Below the pieces are notes generated by a model. That model made no database searches. It was not told where the DNA came from and was given only the letters and a program-made list of their open reading frames with translations. DNA of 57,832 nt. Source: Candidatus Aminicenantes bacterium. GTDB taxonomy: Bacteria > Acidobacteriota > Aminicenantia > UBA2199. Location: the NCBI GenBank assembly GCA_030610885.1, contig JAUWQW010000004.1, forward strand, positions 1 to 57,832. Reading direction: 5' to 3'. The position numbers were made by a program, and so were the translations under genes. Below, piece by piece: positions 48,427 through 57,832 of this stretch (positions are counted from its first letter, which is position 1; each line of letters starts with the position of its first letter).

Positions 48427-50399
48427 TTTAAATGTCCCTTATTTCTAAAATATTCTAATGCAATCTTGGTTTCTTCAAGCAAAGGGTGTGCAGAAATATT
48501 TTGTGCTACAGCCTTTTTCATCCATAATTGAGGAATAACTTTTCCAATAACACACATTCTCTCCATCTCTTTTTCCAGGTTTTTACCCCTTAGAAATTTC
48601 TCAATCTGAAATTTTATAAGAAACCCGATAGGATAATCTGGAAGATAGAGTGCACAGTCTATCATATGGGAATAAATTGCAAGTATTGGCTGGTCTTTTA
48701 TATTAAATATATCTGAATAATATTTGTTCCATATATGTTTTGCTATTTTTATAACAGCATGTTTCAACTCTCGGGGTTCTGCTTCAGGGTTCTTGTATAT
48801 CCAATTCCAGACTTTCATATCAACAAGAGAAACTCCCATAATTTCATAACTCGACCATAGAGTGGAAAGAACATTATAATACCATGAATCTATGTTTTCA
48901 TTTGCCTGGTCAAGGATTTCAAGGTCTCTTGTTTGGAACACAAAGGCAAAAGCTTCTGTAAATGCAGTGTTTGGAACACCATGAAGCATATAATGATCTA
49001 TATAATAAAGTGATAATGTCTGCTCAACACAATGCCCGAGTTCGTGCATAGCCGTGTTAAATCCTTTGTAATTCATTCCCTTTTCAGTAACTCTTGTTCT
49101 TAAATGTGATAGGTCAGTTCTTATCTCAGGCCCCCATGCATGACCTGCGCCTCTGGCAGGTTCAACCTTTATTTTTGAAGATATGAACTCAGCTTTATTT
49201 TTTGAAAACCCCAGTTTAATCAGGATATTCTTTATGTTTTTTTCAAAAGATTCAATGTCGGGATATTTTTTTAACACAATCTTATCGAGTTCTGGTTCCG
49301 GGATTGAGTTATTTAAAGCAAAACCATTGTACCATATATCAAATGGAAGAAGTTCTCTGTTTAACCCTTTTTTGATAATCTTTGCAGTTGATCTTACATG
49401 TTCTGAGCTCAAAACTTTTTCGAATAATTTTTCAACCTCTATCTCTGGAATCTCTCTATCAATATTAAATTTCCTTTTAATATGTGTGGAATAATTCAGA
49501 TAATATTTATCAACCCTTTTTAATGCCTTAAAAATTTTAAGAAAATGATCATATCTTGTATCTGGTTCTGAAGAAAAATTGATTTTTTTACCATACTTAA
49601 TAACCTCATTTTTAAAGGGATTCCACACAAATTCAGGACTATTGATCACATTTCCGGGAATATCTTGATAAATGATCCTGTTCATCACATTATAGATCAT
49701 ATTCTGCTTAACAAGACCTTCGGGATTTTGATATGCAGCTTTAATTTCATCGCGCAAACCCCAGTGACTTATTAATTTTAACTCTTCAGGGAAATATCTT
49801 GTTCCATTGTTATCAATTAATCTGTTCATATAAATGTTGTATTCTGAAATGTAAGCCTCAGCATTTGTGAAAACTTCAGAGATCTTCTGGTTAATTATTG
49901 ATGGAATTCTTGAGATGAATAAATCTCCCACTCTTGCATAGCTCCACTCTTTTCTGTCCCATTTTTTAGAGGAATTTTCCTTTTCATCTAATGTATAATA
50001 GGGAAAGTTTAACAATATAAAAAAGGCAATTTTATTTTTATAAAGATCTTCTTCCAGATGAGCAAACGGGTCATATTTCCCAAAATCCATATCAATCGGG
50101 AGTATGCTTCCTGAATCAAGATGTAATGGCCGTTTTAAATCAATGTTTAATCTGTTTAGATTTCCATATAAGATTTCAATATTTTTCTCAATTCTTTTAA
50201 AGTTTTCAAAAAGTAATTTATCATTTGATATAAAATTTTTTTTACAAAAATTGTTAAAGTCTTGTATGTTTCCATCTTTTTCACACCAGAAACAGGAAAC
50301 CTGTTCAATTCCTTTTTGAATCCTGAATCTGTGTATATTTCCATGCTCTTCTGTAATTTGTTCTGTTAAAGCATCTTTAATTTTATCATTTATTCTCAT
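48423..50399 (-). CDS. Putative gluzincin metallopeptidase
   Basis: MHELGH (HExxH) followed by NTAFTEAFA (third-ligand Glu). Confidence 0.65.
   Translation of the reverse strand: MRINDKIKDALTEQITEEHGNIHRFRIQKGIEQVSCFWCEKDGNIQDFNNFCKKNFISNDKLLFENFKRIEKNIEILYGNLNRLNIDLKRPLHLDSGSILPIDMDFGKYDPFAHLEEDLYKNKIAFFILLNFPYYTLDEKENSSKKWDRKEWSYARVGDLFISRIPSIINQKISEVFTNAEAYISEYNIYMNRLIDNNGTRYFPEELKLISHWGLRDEIKAAYQNPEGLVKQNMIYNVMNRIIYQDIPGNVINSPEFVWNPFKNEVIKYGKKINFSSEPDTRYDHFLKIFKALKRVDKYYLNYSTHIKRKFNIDREIPEIEVEKLFEKVLSSEHVRSTAKIIKKGLNRELLPFDIWYNGFALNNSIPEPELDKIVLKKYPDIESFEKNIKNILIKLGFSKNKAEFISSKIKVEPARGAGHAWGPEIRTDLSHLRTRVTEKGMNYKGFNTAMHELGHCVEQTLSLYYIDHYMLHGVPNTAFTEAFAFVFQTRDLEILDQANENIDSWYYNVLSTLWSSYEIMGVSLVDMKVWNWIYKNPEAEPRELKHAVIKIAKHIWNKYYSDIFNIKDQPILAIYSHMIDCALYLPDYPIGFLIKFQIEKFLRGKNLEKEMERMCVIGKVIPQLWMKKAVAQNISAHPLLEETKIALEYFRNKGHLK
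50260..50359. repeat. 100-bp segment duplicated at 57633-57732
   Basis: 93/100 identity, direct orientation. Confidence 0.92.
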
Positions 50400-50553
50400 A
50401 GTTTCTCTAAATTATTATACATCAAAATGTAAAATATATAAAATAGATCTCTTTATTTTTCATTGTTTTGAATTATAATTCAATTTTTTGGATTTTTTAA
50501 ATATTTTATATAAGAAATCCTCACTATAGAAAGCTTTTAGTATTACTTCAGAT

Positions 50554-50569
50554 TGGTATTAATATTGCA
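50554..50569 (+). promoter_or_regulatory. Sigma54 (-24/-12) promoter of the TonB-dependent receptor
   Basis: TGGTATTAATATTGCA = GG-N10-GC. Confidence 0.68.
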
Positions 50570-50657
50570 TAGGATATATATTAAATAAATATATAAGAGA
50601 TTATAATAAATTGAATGAAGAGTTAATTTTTTATAAATCATTTAAAAGGAGGTGTTT

Positions 50658-53444
50658 ATGAAAAAATTTAGTTTTTTAATTTTTGTCTTTTTTCTCTCTT
50701 TTTCACTTGTTTTTCCTCAACTTTCACAAACAGGAATGATTAGAGGTACAGTAGCAGATGTAGAGGGACAGCCTATTCCCGGAGTTACAGTTACTATTAA
50801 ATCTCCATCTCTCATTATTTCTAAAATTGATACTTTATCGAACGAAAATGGTGCATATCGTTTTCCTTCTCTCTCTCCCGGTACTTACGAAATTGTATTT
50901 AAATTAGAAGGATTTAAATCGCTTTTTAGGAAAGGCATTATTGTTCATGTAGGTGAAACTATCACAGTAGATATTGGTTTGGAGCTCGGAAAGATTGAAG
51001 AAGAGATTATTGTAACAGGTAAAGCCCCAACCATTGACAGACAGAAAACAACCAAAACTGCCACTCTTGATTCTAATTTTATTTCAGGGATTCCAGCTAC
51101 AAGGACTTTAGGTACTTATTTTAATATGACCCCCGGAACTACTGGTAATACTTCTCATGGTGGATCTGTAAGAGACAACACTTACAATGTAGATGGAGTT
51201 AATACTACAGATGGAGTTGTTGGTACTGAAGCTCTTTTCTTCAGTATGGATACAGTAGAGGAAATATCTGTACAGTCAGGTGGGCTTTCAGCTGAATATG
51301 GACAGGTGCGAGGAGCTGTTGTTAATGTTATAAGTAAATCAGGAGGAAACACATTTCATGGTGCTATTGATGTTTTCTACAGACATGAATCTCTTAAGTC
51401 AGATAACACTAAAGGTACTCCTCTTGAGGGTGAATCAAGTGGTGCTAAGTTCGAAATGGAGCCTGGTTTTAGCTTAGGAGGCCCAATAGTCAAAAACAAG
51501 CTGTGGTTTTTTGTAAATCTCAGCTTTAACAAAAGAGAAACATACGTTTCAGGCTATCCTTACAACAAAGATGAAGATGTACCAACTGATGACTATAGGC
51601 CTTATCCATATTTAAAACTCTCATATCAACCCAATAAAGATAATAAAGTTATCTTTTCATACAGGTATTCAGACATACAAAGACATCACAGAGGCGCCAG
51701 TAGATACCAGTTAGAAGCTACTACCTGGGAACAAAAAACAGCAACTCATGTTTTCAATCTTCATTATACGAAATTTATTGGTTCTAATTTCTATATGAAT
51801 ATCAAAGCATTTATGTACTTATCTCAATTTAACTTGCTTGCAAAAAATGATGAAGCTAATTGGTATGAATCTACTAACTATCTTAATACAGGCAGCCATG
51901 GATATGATGATATAAATCCTCGTGATAGATACTCCATACAAGCAGATGGTACATTTTTTATCGATAATTTCATGGGCTCTCATCAGGTTAAAATAGGAGC
52001 TGAGTATATGCAATCAAATTCAGGAAGAGAATTACGTTTTAAACAAGACTCTGCAGTAAGTGATATGTGTTTCATTACTACTTATAATGGTTCTCTATGG
52101 TATGGTACTTGGTATGCTCCATATAATACTAAAGAAATAACAAAAAACATTTTTGCATATGTCCAGGATACATGGAATATAGGTTCGAAACTTACAGCTA
52201 ATATTGGAATCAGGTTTCAATATATGAGAGGAATTATACCTAAACAAAACGAAGATGAGGGCGACCAGACGCTTTTTGGTTATGCTTATAATAGAAGTGT
52301 ACCCGAGGCTTTAACCCCTTTAAAATGGACTACTCTTGCTCCAAGGCTTGGACTTATATATGATCTGTTTGAAGATGGTAAAACATTACTTAAGGCTAGT
52401 TTTTCAAGATATTATATGGCAAATCTTTCACAGTGGTTTTCAGGTGCCAATCCGAACGGATGGGTATATTATGGTGGTGTGCTTAATTCAGATGGGAGTG
52501 TTGCTTATCCATATAGTATTGGAATTTCAGGACCTGAATATGCTACCAAATTCGGATATGAAGATCATGATGCAAAAGCTCCATATACTGATGAGTTTGT
52601 TATTGGTTTTGAGAAAGAGATTTTTGAAGATTGGTCTGTTGGAATCAGATATATTAGAAAATGGGATAGGAATCTATTAGAAGATGCGAATTCGGAAGCA
52701 CTTGATATGGATAAGCTAATGAATGAAGGCATACTTGAATGGACTAATTTTGCTCCTGTAACAGTAACGGATACTTTTGATAATAGTACAGTAACTTTCT
52801 GGGATAAACTTTCTTCAATACCTTTTAAAGGTTATACAATTAATCCTCCTGATGCTAAAAGAGATTATGATTCAATTGAAATTACTCTTAATAAAAGGTA
52901 TTCTCATGGATGGCAGATGAAAGCATCCTATGTATATCAAAATTCAAGAGGATTAATAGGTACGGATTTTGGTGATAGCTGGGGAGGTACAGGCTATTAT
53001 GATAGCCCGAATAGTCATATAAATGCTATTGGAAGATTCCCGCTTGAAAGACGCCATCAGTTCAAATTTCAGTCTACTGTTAAGGGTCCGTTTGGTTTAA
53101 ATCTTGGAACTTATTTCAGGTATCTATCGGGTGGCAGGTATACAAGAACAATAAACAATAACGATTTGGGATTGAGCCTTTTCCAGGGTAGTACAACTAT
53201 TTATGGAGAAGAGAGAGGCTCAAGAGCTTATCCTGCTGTGGCTATTCTTGATTTGAAGCTTGAAAAAAGGTTTAATATTGGTAATTTTACTCTTGTTTTA
53301 TTTGGTGATTGTTTTAATGTGCTAAATTCTGGAAAGGCAACCGGAGTTCACACATCTTCGAGTAATCCTACTTACACTTTTGAAGAAATGACAGCTATTC
53401 AGTCTCCAAGAATTTTCCGAATAGGTAGTAAAATCGAGTGGTAA
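50658..53444 (+). CDS. Oar-like TonB-dependent receptor with carboxypeptidase-regulatory N-domain
   Basis: TGMIRGTV.D..G.PIPGVTVT, SAEYG..G.VVNVISKSGGN, LGGPIVKNKLWFF, YVQDTW and APRLG; ATG at 50658 after AGGAGG. Confidence 0.9.
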   Translation: MKKFSFLIFVFFLSFSLVFPQLSQTGMIRGTVADVEGQPIPGVTVTIKSPSLIISKIDTLSNENGAYRFPSLSPGTYEIVFKLEGFKSLFRKGIIVHVGETITVDIGLELGKIEEEIIVTGKAPTIDRQKTTKTATLDSNFISGIPATRTLGTYFNMTPGTTGNTSHGGSVRDNTYNVDGVNTTDGVVGTEALFFSMDTVEEISVQSGGLSAEYGQVRGAVVNVISKSGGNTFHGAIDVFYRHESLKSDNTKGTPLEGESSGAKFEMEPGFSLGGPIVKNKLWFFVNLSFNKRETYVSGYPYNKDEDVPTDDYRPYPYLKLSYQPNKDNKVIFSYRYSDIQRHHRGASRYQLEATTWEQKTATHVFNLHYTKFIGSNFYMNIKAFMYLSQFNLLAKNDEANWYESTNYLNTGSHGYDDINPRDRYSIQADGTFFIDNFMGSHQVKIGAEYMQSNSGRELRFKQDSAVSDMCFITTYNGSLWYGTWYAPYNTKEITKNIFAYVQDTWNIGSKLTANIGIRFQYMRGIIPKQNEDEGDQTLFGYAYNRSVPEALTPLKWTTLAPRLGLIYDLFEDGKTLLKASFSRYYMANLSQWFSGANPNGWVYYGGVLNSDGSVAYPYSIGISGPEYATKFGYEDHDAKAPYTDEFVIGFEKEIFEDWSVGIRYIRKWDRNLLEDANSEALDMDKLMNEGILEWTNFAPVTVTDTFDNSTVTFWDKLSSIPFKGYTINPPDAKRDYDSIEITLNKRYSHGWQMKASYVYQNSRGLIGTDFGDSWGGTGYYDSPNSHINAIGRFPLERRHQFKFQSTVKGPFGLNLGTYFRYLSGGRYTRTINNNDLGLSLFQGSTTIYGEERGSRAYPAVAILDLKLEKRFNIGNFTLVLFGDCFNVLNSGKATGVHTSSSNPTYTFEEMTAIQSPRIFRIGSKIEW

Positions 53445-53463
53445 ATATTTGATCTGAAAATAG

Positions 53464-53493
53464 ATAAGGGAGACACAATCGTGTCTCCCTTAT
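53464..53493 (+). terminator. Intrinsic terminator hairpin
   Basis: ataagggagacac-aatc-gtgtctcccttat followed by a T-rich tract. Confidence 0.8.
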
Positions 53494-53578
53494 TATTCTT
53501 TTTAAAAATTAAAACATTTTATGAGTTTTATAAGGGAAGATTTTTTATAAAGTTTTTTTTGTTAATATAGGAGAATTT

Positions 53579-54445
53579 ATGAAAAGGTGTTCAAGTATTT
53601 TTATGTTTTTTTTAATTTTTATTTTTTTAATACCTGTAGTCTCATATGCAGGTAATAAAAAGCCTCGCAATATTATGCTTGTATTTGATATTAAAGATTA
53701 TAATAATGAAACAAAAAAAACAATCAATTTTTTCTTTAATAAAACACTCAGACAAAACGATCAACTTATAATTATGACACCAGCAAATAAATTATATAGT
53801 TTTTCAAGAAAAACTTTATCCTCTTCAAGAGATAAAATCTCTAAAAAAATTAAAAATTTGCTTAAAAAAGATACTTCTGTTTCATTAAGTGATTACAGGA
53901 CTATTTTTTTACAGATGATTGATACTGTAAAAGAAATAGGAAGTGGTGAACCGAGAAATGTGAAGAATCTTTTAGTAAGTTATGAGAATAATCGCAAAGA
54001 ATTAGTTATGTTACGAAAAATTAATGAAGGATTATTGTTGAAATTTGCTGATATTTTTAAAAGATCAAAAAAAATAACTGGAGATACAAAAAATTATATC
54101 TTTTTGTTTTTCCAAAAAGAATTAAGGCCAATACCTGATAGAAATACAATGAATAAATTAAGAGATAATATGGATGTGGCTTTTAAAGCTGCTGAAATAT
54201 TCCTTAATGATAATTCTTTATTAAAAATGGATATAAAAAAAATTATTTCAGAGTTTAATAAAGGGGGTGTAAATTTCAATTTTATATACATAAACCCTAA
54301 AATTCATAAGAGTCGTGAATACCAATTAGTTGAAAACTCGGGAGATATTTATGATGCTATGTCACGAATCGCAAAAGGTACACATGGAATCACAGAAACA
54401 ACATCAACACCTCAAATATTATTCAAAGAATTTAATAAAAAATAA
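53579..54445 (+). CDS. Exported hypothetical protein, VWA-like topology
   Basis: Signal peptide; RNIMLVFD strand, KNYIFLF and C-terminal IAKGTHG pattern. Confidence 0.55.
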   Translation: MKRCSSIFMFFLIFIFLIPVVSYAGNKKPRNIMLVFDIKDYNNETKKTINFFFNKTLRQNDQLIIMTPANKLYSFSRKTLSSSRDKISKKIKNLLKKDTSVSLSDYRTIFLQMIDTVKEIGSGEPRNVKNLLVSYENNRKELVMLRKINEGLLLKFADIFKRSKKITGDTKNYIFLFFQKELRPIPDRNTMNKLRDNMDVAFKAAEIFLNDNSLLKMDIKKIISEFNKGGVNFNFIYINPKIHKSREYQLVENSGDIYDAMSRIAKGTHGITETTSTPQILFKEFNKK

Positions 54446-54453
54446 AAAGATCA

Positions 54454-55419
54454 TTAATTTTCACTTAATTGTTTAATAAGGCTTTTTGCTACCTCAGTTT
54501 GGGGATCTGTTTCAGGATTTAATTTAATAAATTCATTAAGGTAGTTTATAGCTTTTTTCATCTCTCCTTTATTAATGTAGCAATATGCCAATTTTATATA
54601 TGGTTTTTGCCAATCAGGTTTAACCTTAATACATAAATTGTAGTATTTTATTGCTTCATCGATTTTATTTGAACTGAAAAAAATTTCAGCAACATTGTAT
54701 GAAAGTGTGTAACTCGATGGATCAATATCAATTGATTTTTCAAAATATTCTTTTGCTTTTTCAAGTTCATTTTTATCCATATAAAGTTCTCCAAAGCTGG
54801 CATAAATAGAAGCTGCTATTTTATTACCTTTAAGATCACTATTTTCCTGTTTAAGCTTTTCTAATACTAATTTGAATTCTGCAACAGCTTTCTCGAATTC
54901 TTTTAATTTAATATAACAATTACCAATATTTACACGGATTTTATACAATTTAGGCTCTTTTTTGAGAAATTCTTTAAATACTATGAGTGCTTTTCTATAT
55001 TCAGTTTGTTTATATAATTCTTCTCCTTTAAGGTATAACATTTTTGGATTCTCTTTTTCAATATCCTCTATATTAGCTGCTTTTTTTAAAACTATTCTCT
55101 GCATAGGGTTTTTTATCCCGCTTATACTTAGCTCAGGTATTATTGTAGTCATATATCCATTTTTAGATGAAATAATTTTAACTACTGTTTTCCCAAGACC
55201 AAGAAAAGACCAATTCCCTTTTTTACTTGAAATATAAGACATTTTAAGATTATAATCAAGAGATATTAGCTCAATTTTAGCCCCTTCAATCGGGTTACCC
55301 ATTTCATCAACAACTATTCCTTTTAATCTAGCTTCTCCTCTTCCTTCCTGGGATAAAAGTAAATTAGAGGACAAACAAACAATAAATAAAAGAAAGATTA
55401 TTATTTTTACTTCTTTCAT
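54454..55419 (-). CDS. Exported carboxypeptidase-regulatory-like domain plus TPR protein
   Basis: LKGIVVDEMGNPIEGAKI N-domain followed by several TPR motifs. Confidence 0.82.
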   Translation of the reverse strand: MKEVKIIIFLLFIVCLSSNLLLSQEGRGEARLKGIVVDEMGNPIEGAKIELISLDYNLKMSYISSKKGNWSFLGLGKTVVKIISSKNGYMTTIIPELSISGIKNPMQRIVLKKAANIEDIEKENPKMLYLKGEELYKQTEYRKALIVFKEFLKKEPKLYKIRVNIGNCYIKLKEFEKAVAEFKLVLEKLKQENSDLKGNKIAASIYASFGELYMDKNELEKAKEYFEKSIDIDPSSYTLSYNVAEIFFSSNKIDEAIKYYNLCIKVKPDWQKPYIKLAYCYINKGEMKKAINYLNEFIKLNPETDPQTEVAKSLIKQLSEN

Positions 55420-55482
55420 ATGATATTCTCCTTATTTTTAAATAATTTATTTTTATTATAACTTTTTTTTTCTATTTCAATT

Positions 55483-57552
55483 TTAATCTCTTTTTATAGA
55501 TTGCAAAATTTTAATAATTTCGTTTTGATCAGGCCTTATACTTAAAGAAGCTGACAATACTTCAATTGCCTTTTTAATTTTATTGAGTTTGATAAATGAT
55601 AACCCTAAATAATTTAACACAGAAATATCACTATCATAAATATTATTTGCTTTATAGAGATGTTCTACTGCCTTTCTATAATCTTTCGTATAATAGTAAG
55701 TTCTACCTTTGTATAAATAAAAATAAAATAACTCTTTTTCACTATTTTTTAATCCATCAATAATTTTAAATACCTCGTTATATTTCTTAACCTTTAATAA
55801 AAAGTTAGCATAGTCTTTTATTAATTCTGGAAAAGGTGGCTTTAAATTATAAGCTTTTTTATAATTATAAAGAGCTTTATCATAATTTTTAGAATTTTCA
55901 TATTCTTTTGCTAAAATATAATAAAATATAAAACTATTTTTACCGAGTATTGTTCTTTTTGCAACCATGGGATAAGCAAGATGAGATGCAGGAGATACAG
56001 TAAAATCTTTTTTTTTTGCACTATAAATGATGGAATCCTCTTCTCCTGATAAAACAAGATTTAATTCATAATATGCTGATTCCAATTTATCTAATTTTTT
56101 TGTAAAACACATATATCTTTCTTTTTCAGGGAGAATAAAGGAATACTGTTTGGAATATTTTTTATAGCTTTCTTTGCTTTTTATGTCTGCTCTACATAAT
56201 ATCTTTTTGTTATACTCACCTCTATCTACACAGAAAAAAATGTAAATATCATCTTTTAGACCAAATTCTCTTTTTGGTGAAGTGTATATTTTGTAATTTG
56301 ATGTATTAAAGGAAGAAAACACATGCTCCCTTACCTTTTCTATTTTTGAAGCAATTACTGGAGAGTAAAGATGAGGTAGAGAAGAAAATGAATCATTAGT
56401 GTCTATCTTTTTCTGAAAATAGCTGAACTCTTTATTTACAGAATTCTGAATAAGTACATTCAACTCAAACTTGCCTTCAATTATAGGGAAATAATCAGTA
56501 ATTGCCAATCCTCTTGAAAGTTTTGTTTTTAACTCTTTTTCTGAGTAATAAAAAGGGAAATTTTTAGAGTTTTGATATACTGTACAGCCATCTTTTTTTA
56601 AACTTACGCTTAACTCGTAATTTAAATAATATTTATTTTTTTCTTCAGAATAGTCAACTGAAATCTTTTTTGGGAGTATCATAATATGTATGAAATTAAG
56701 ATTAAGTGTTGGTTCTTTAAATATATAAACATCATTATGTGATTCAATATAATTAATTGAAGAACTTACATCAACCATGCCTTTAAACTTCATAAAATCT
56801 CTTGCATAACTTATATTTATATTTCTGATTGGATATTCAAAAATATTAGCAAGTAAAAGATTACTTTCAAGAGAAGGTTGATAATTATAAGGAGTTTTAC
56901 CTGGAATAAGGGATATCGAAGCATTTGCAACTGTTGTGTTTAGTTCATTTAGCTTGTTGTATAATTGAATATAATTTGTTTCATCAATTTGCCCGATTTC
57001 AGTGTGCATTAGAGATGCAGGTCCATCTATTACAGGTGAATATAGCTTATATTCTCCAATCCCATGTCTTTTATAAAAGACTACTCTAAATGCTACAGGT
57101 AATTGCTTTTTCTTTTTTCCAAAATATTCCCATATCTCTATAGGGTATAATCCATTTTCATCTATTATATTCCTTTCCATTGGAGCACCTAAAATAATAT
57201 AGATTTTACCTCTGTCTGTTCTCCATCCAGGTTTTGGTGTTCCATATTTTAAATATCTGTTAGCATAATCGAATCTTTTTATATGATTCTCTTTAAACTC
57301 GTTCTCAGGTGTTCCATTTGTTGGATCTCTATGCTTCCAGAAGATTTTTATAAAGGCATCTCTATCTCTGTCATTCGTGATTTTTGAGTATATTTCCTTT
57401 TCAATAGGAGTTATTATATACTCTACTAAATTAAGCCATTTTTTGTATTTTAGTTTAAGGGGTGTTTCACCCTTTAAAATTTCACATATTCCAAAAACTA
57501 AAAAAATGGTAAGTATGGAATATACTATGAAAAATCTTTTTTTATTTATCAT
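55483..57552 (-). CDS. GWxTD domain protein with C-terminal TPRs
   Basis: FWKHRDP...NEF and PGWRTDRGKIYI.LG.P; TPR tail. Confidence 0.9.
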   Translation of the reverse strand: MINKKRFFIVYSILTIFLVFGICEILKGETPLKLKYKKWLNLVEYIITPIEKEIYSKITNDRDRDAFIKIFWKHRDPTNGTPENEFKENHIKRFDYANRYLKYGTPKPGWRTDRGKIYIILGAPMERNIIDENGLYPIEIWEYFGKKKKQLPVAFRVVFYKRHGIGEYKLYSPVIDGPASLMHTEIGQIDETNYIQLYNKLNELNTTVANASISLIPGKTPYNYQPSLESNLLLANIFEYPIRNINISYARDFMKFKGMVDVSSSINYIESHNDVYIFKEPTLNLNFIHIMILPKKISVDYSEEKNKYYLNYELSVSLKKDGCTVYQNSKNFPFYYSEKELKTKLSRGLAITDYFPIIEGKFELNVLIQNSVNKEFSYFQKKIDTNDSFSSLPHLYSPVIASKIEKVREHVFSSFNTSNYKIYTSPKREFGLKDDIYIFFCVDRGEYNKKILCRADIKSKESYKKYSKQYSFILPEKERYMCFTKKLDKLESAYYELNLVLSGEEDSIIYSAKKKDFTVSPASHLAYPMVAKRTILGKNSFIFYYILAKEYENSKNYDKALYNYKKAYNLKPPFPELIKDYANFLLKVKKYNEVFKIIDGLKNSEKELFYFYLYKGRTYYYTKDYRKAVEHLYKANNIYDSDISVLNYLGLSFIKLNKIKKAIEVLSASLSIRPDQNEIIKILQSIKRD

Positions 57553-57609
57553 TTGAATGTATTATTATATATAATTATTAAATTCTTTTCAATATTTATC
57601 TGAAATTTT

Positions 57610-57832
57610 TTAAAAATAAATTAAACTAAAAATCTTGTATGTTCCCATCTTTTTCACACCAGAAAAAAGAAACCTGTTCAATTCCTTTTTGGATTCTAAA
57701 TCTGTGTATATTTCCATACTCTTCTGTAATTTTTCCAGTTCCCTTAACTTATCTTTTATTCTTAACCTTTCTTTTTGTGATAATTTTTTGTAATATTTTT
57801 CAAATTTAGTTGATACTTCAATCTTCCAGATC
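57610..57832 (-). pseudogene. Truncated/chimeric RelE/ParE-family toxin; start codon lies just outside the window
   Basis: Manual translation IWKIEVSTKFEKYYKKLSQKERLRIKDKLRELEK matches the RelE beta1-alpha1-alpha2 pattern. It then runs into duplicated peptidase-gene DNA and stops at 57610, lacking the RelE C-terminal R-rich strands. Confidence 0.65.
57633..57732. repeat. Duplicate of 50260-50359
   Basis: 93/100 identity. Confidence 0.92.

Noticed and set aside
4582-55237. Numerous short antisense or alternative-frame ORFs in the track
   Set aside because: They are shadows nested in well-supported genes. The 50156-50344 ORF matters only as the frame reused in the RelE chimera.

Overview
AT-rich bacterial chromosomal segment from a diderm, probably anaerobic organism. 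GWxTD, carboxypeptidase-regulatory/TPR, DUF4388 and Oar-type TonB genes suggest Acidobacteriota/Ca. Aminicenantes; this is an inference. The backbone, left to right, is: a partial sigma54 activator, Prc/Tsp protease, cobalamin-riboswitch-controlled btuBFDC, accBCDA, PTS-IIA and ClC genes, tRNA-Leu(CAA), rnfCDGEAB, a cDPGS-like P-loop enzyme, nnr, tsaE, dnaK, M23 peptidase, secA, guaB and several envelope proteins. The standout is a 7.3-kb island (34314-41608) bounded by a 24-bp imperfect direct repeat. In it, a Type III R-M mod and res pair is split by two tightly coupled cargo genes: a Hanks Ser/Thr kinase fused to a TGT-like (beta-protein-like) Zn-binding domain, and a small PD-(D/E)xK nuclease with an inserted winged-helix-like segment. 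This is a candidate undescribed kinase-gated anti-phage module riding in an R-M operon. Other unannotated structure includes a fic gene flanked by 48-bp palindromic direct repeats, a 47-bp dispersed repeat, a ~180-bp rod-like inverted-repeat element before secA, two sigma54 promoters, and a RelE-like toxin fragment fused to a 100-bp duplicate of an upstream gene. All calls come from reading motifs by eye; no database searches were run.
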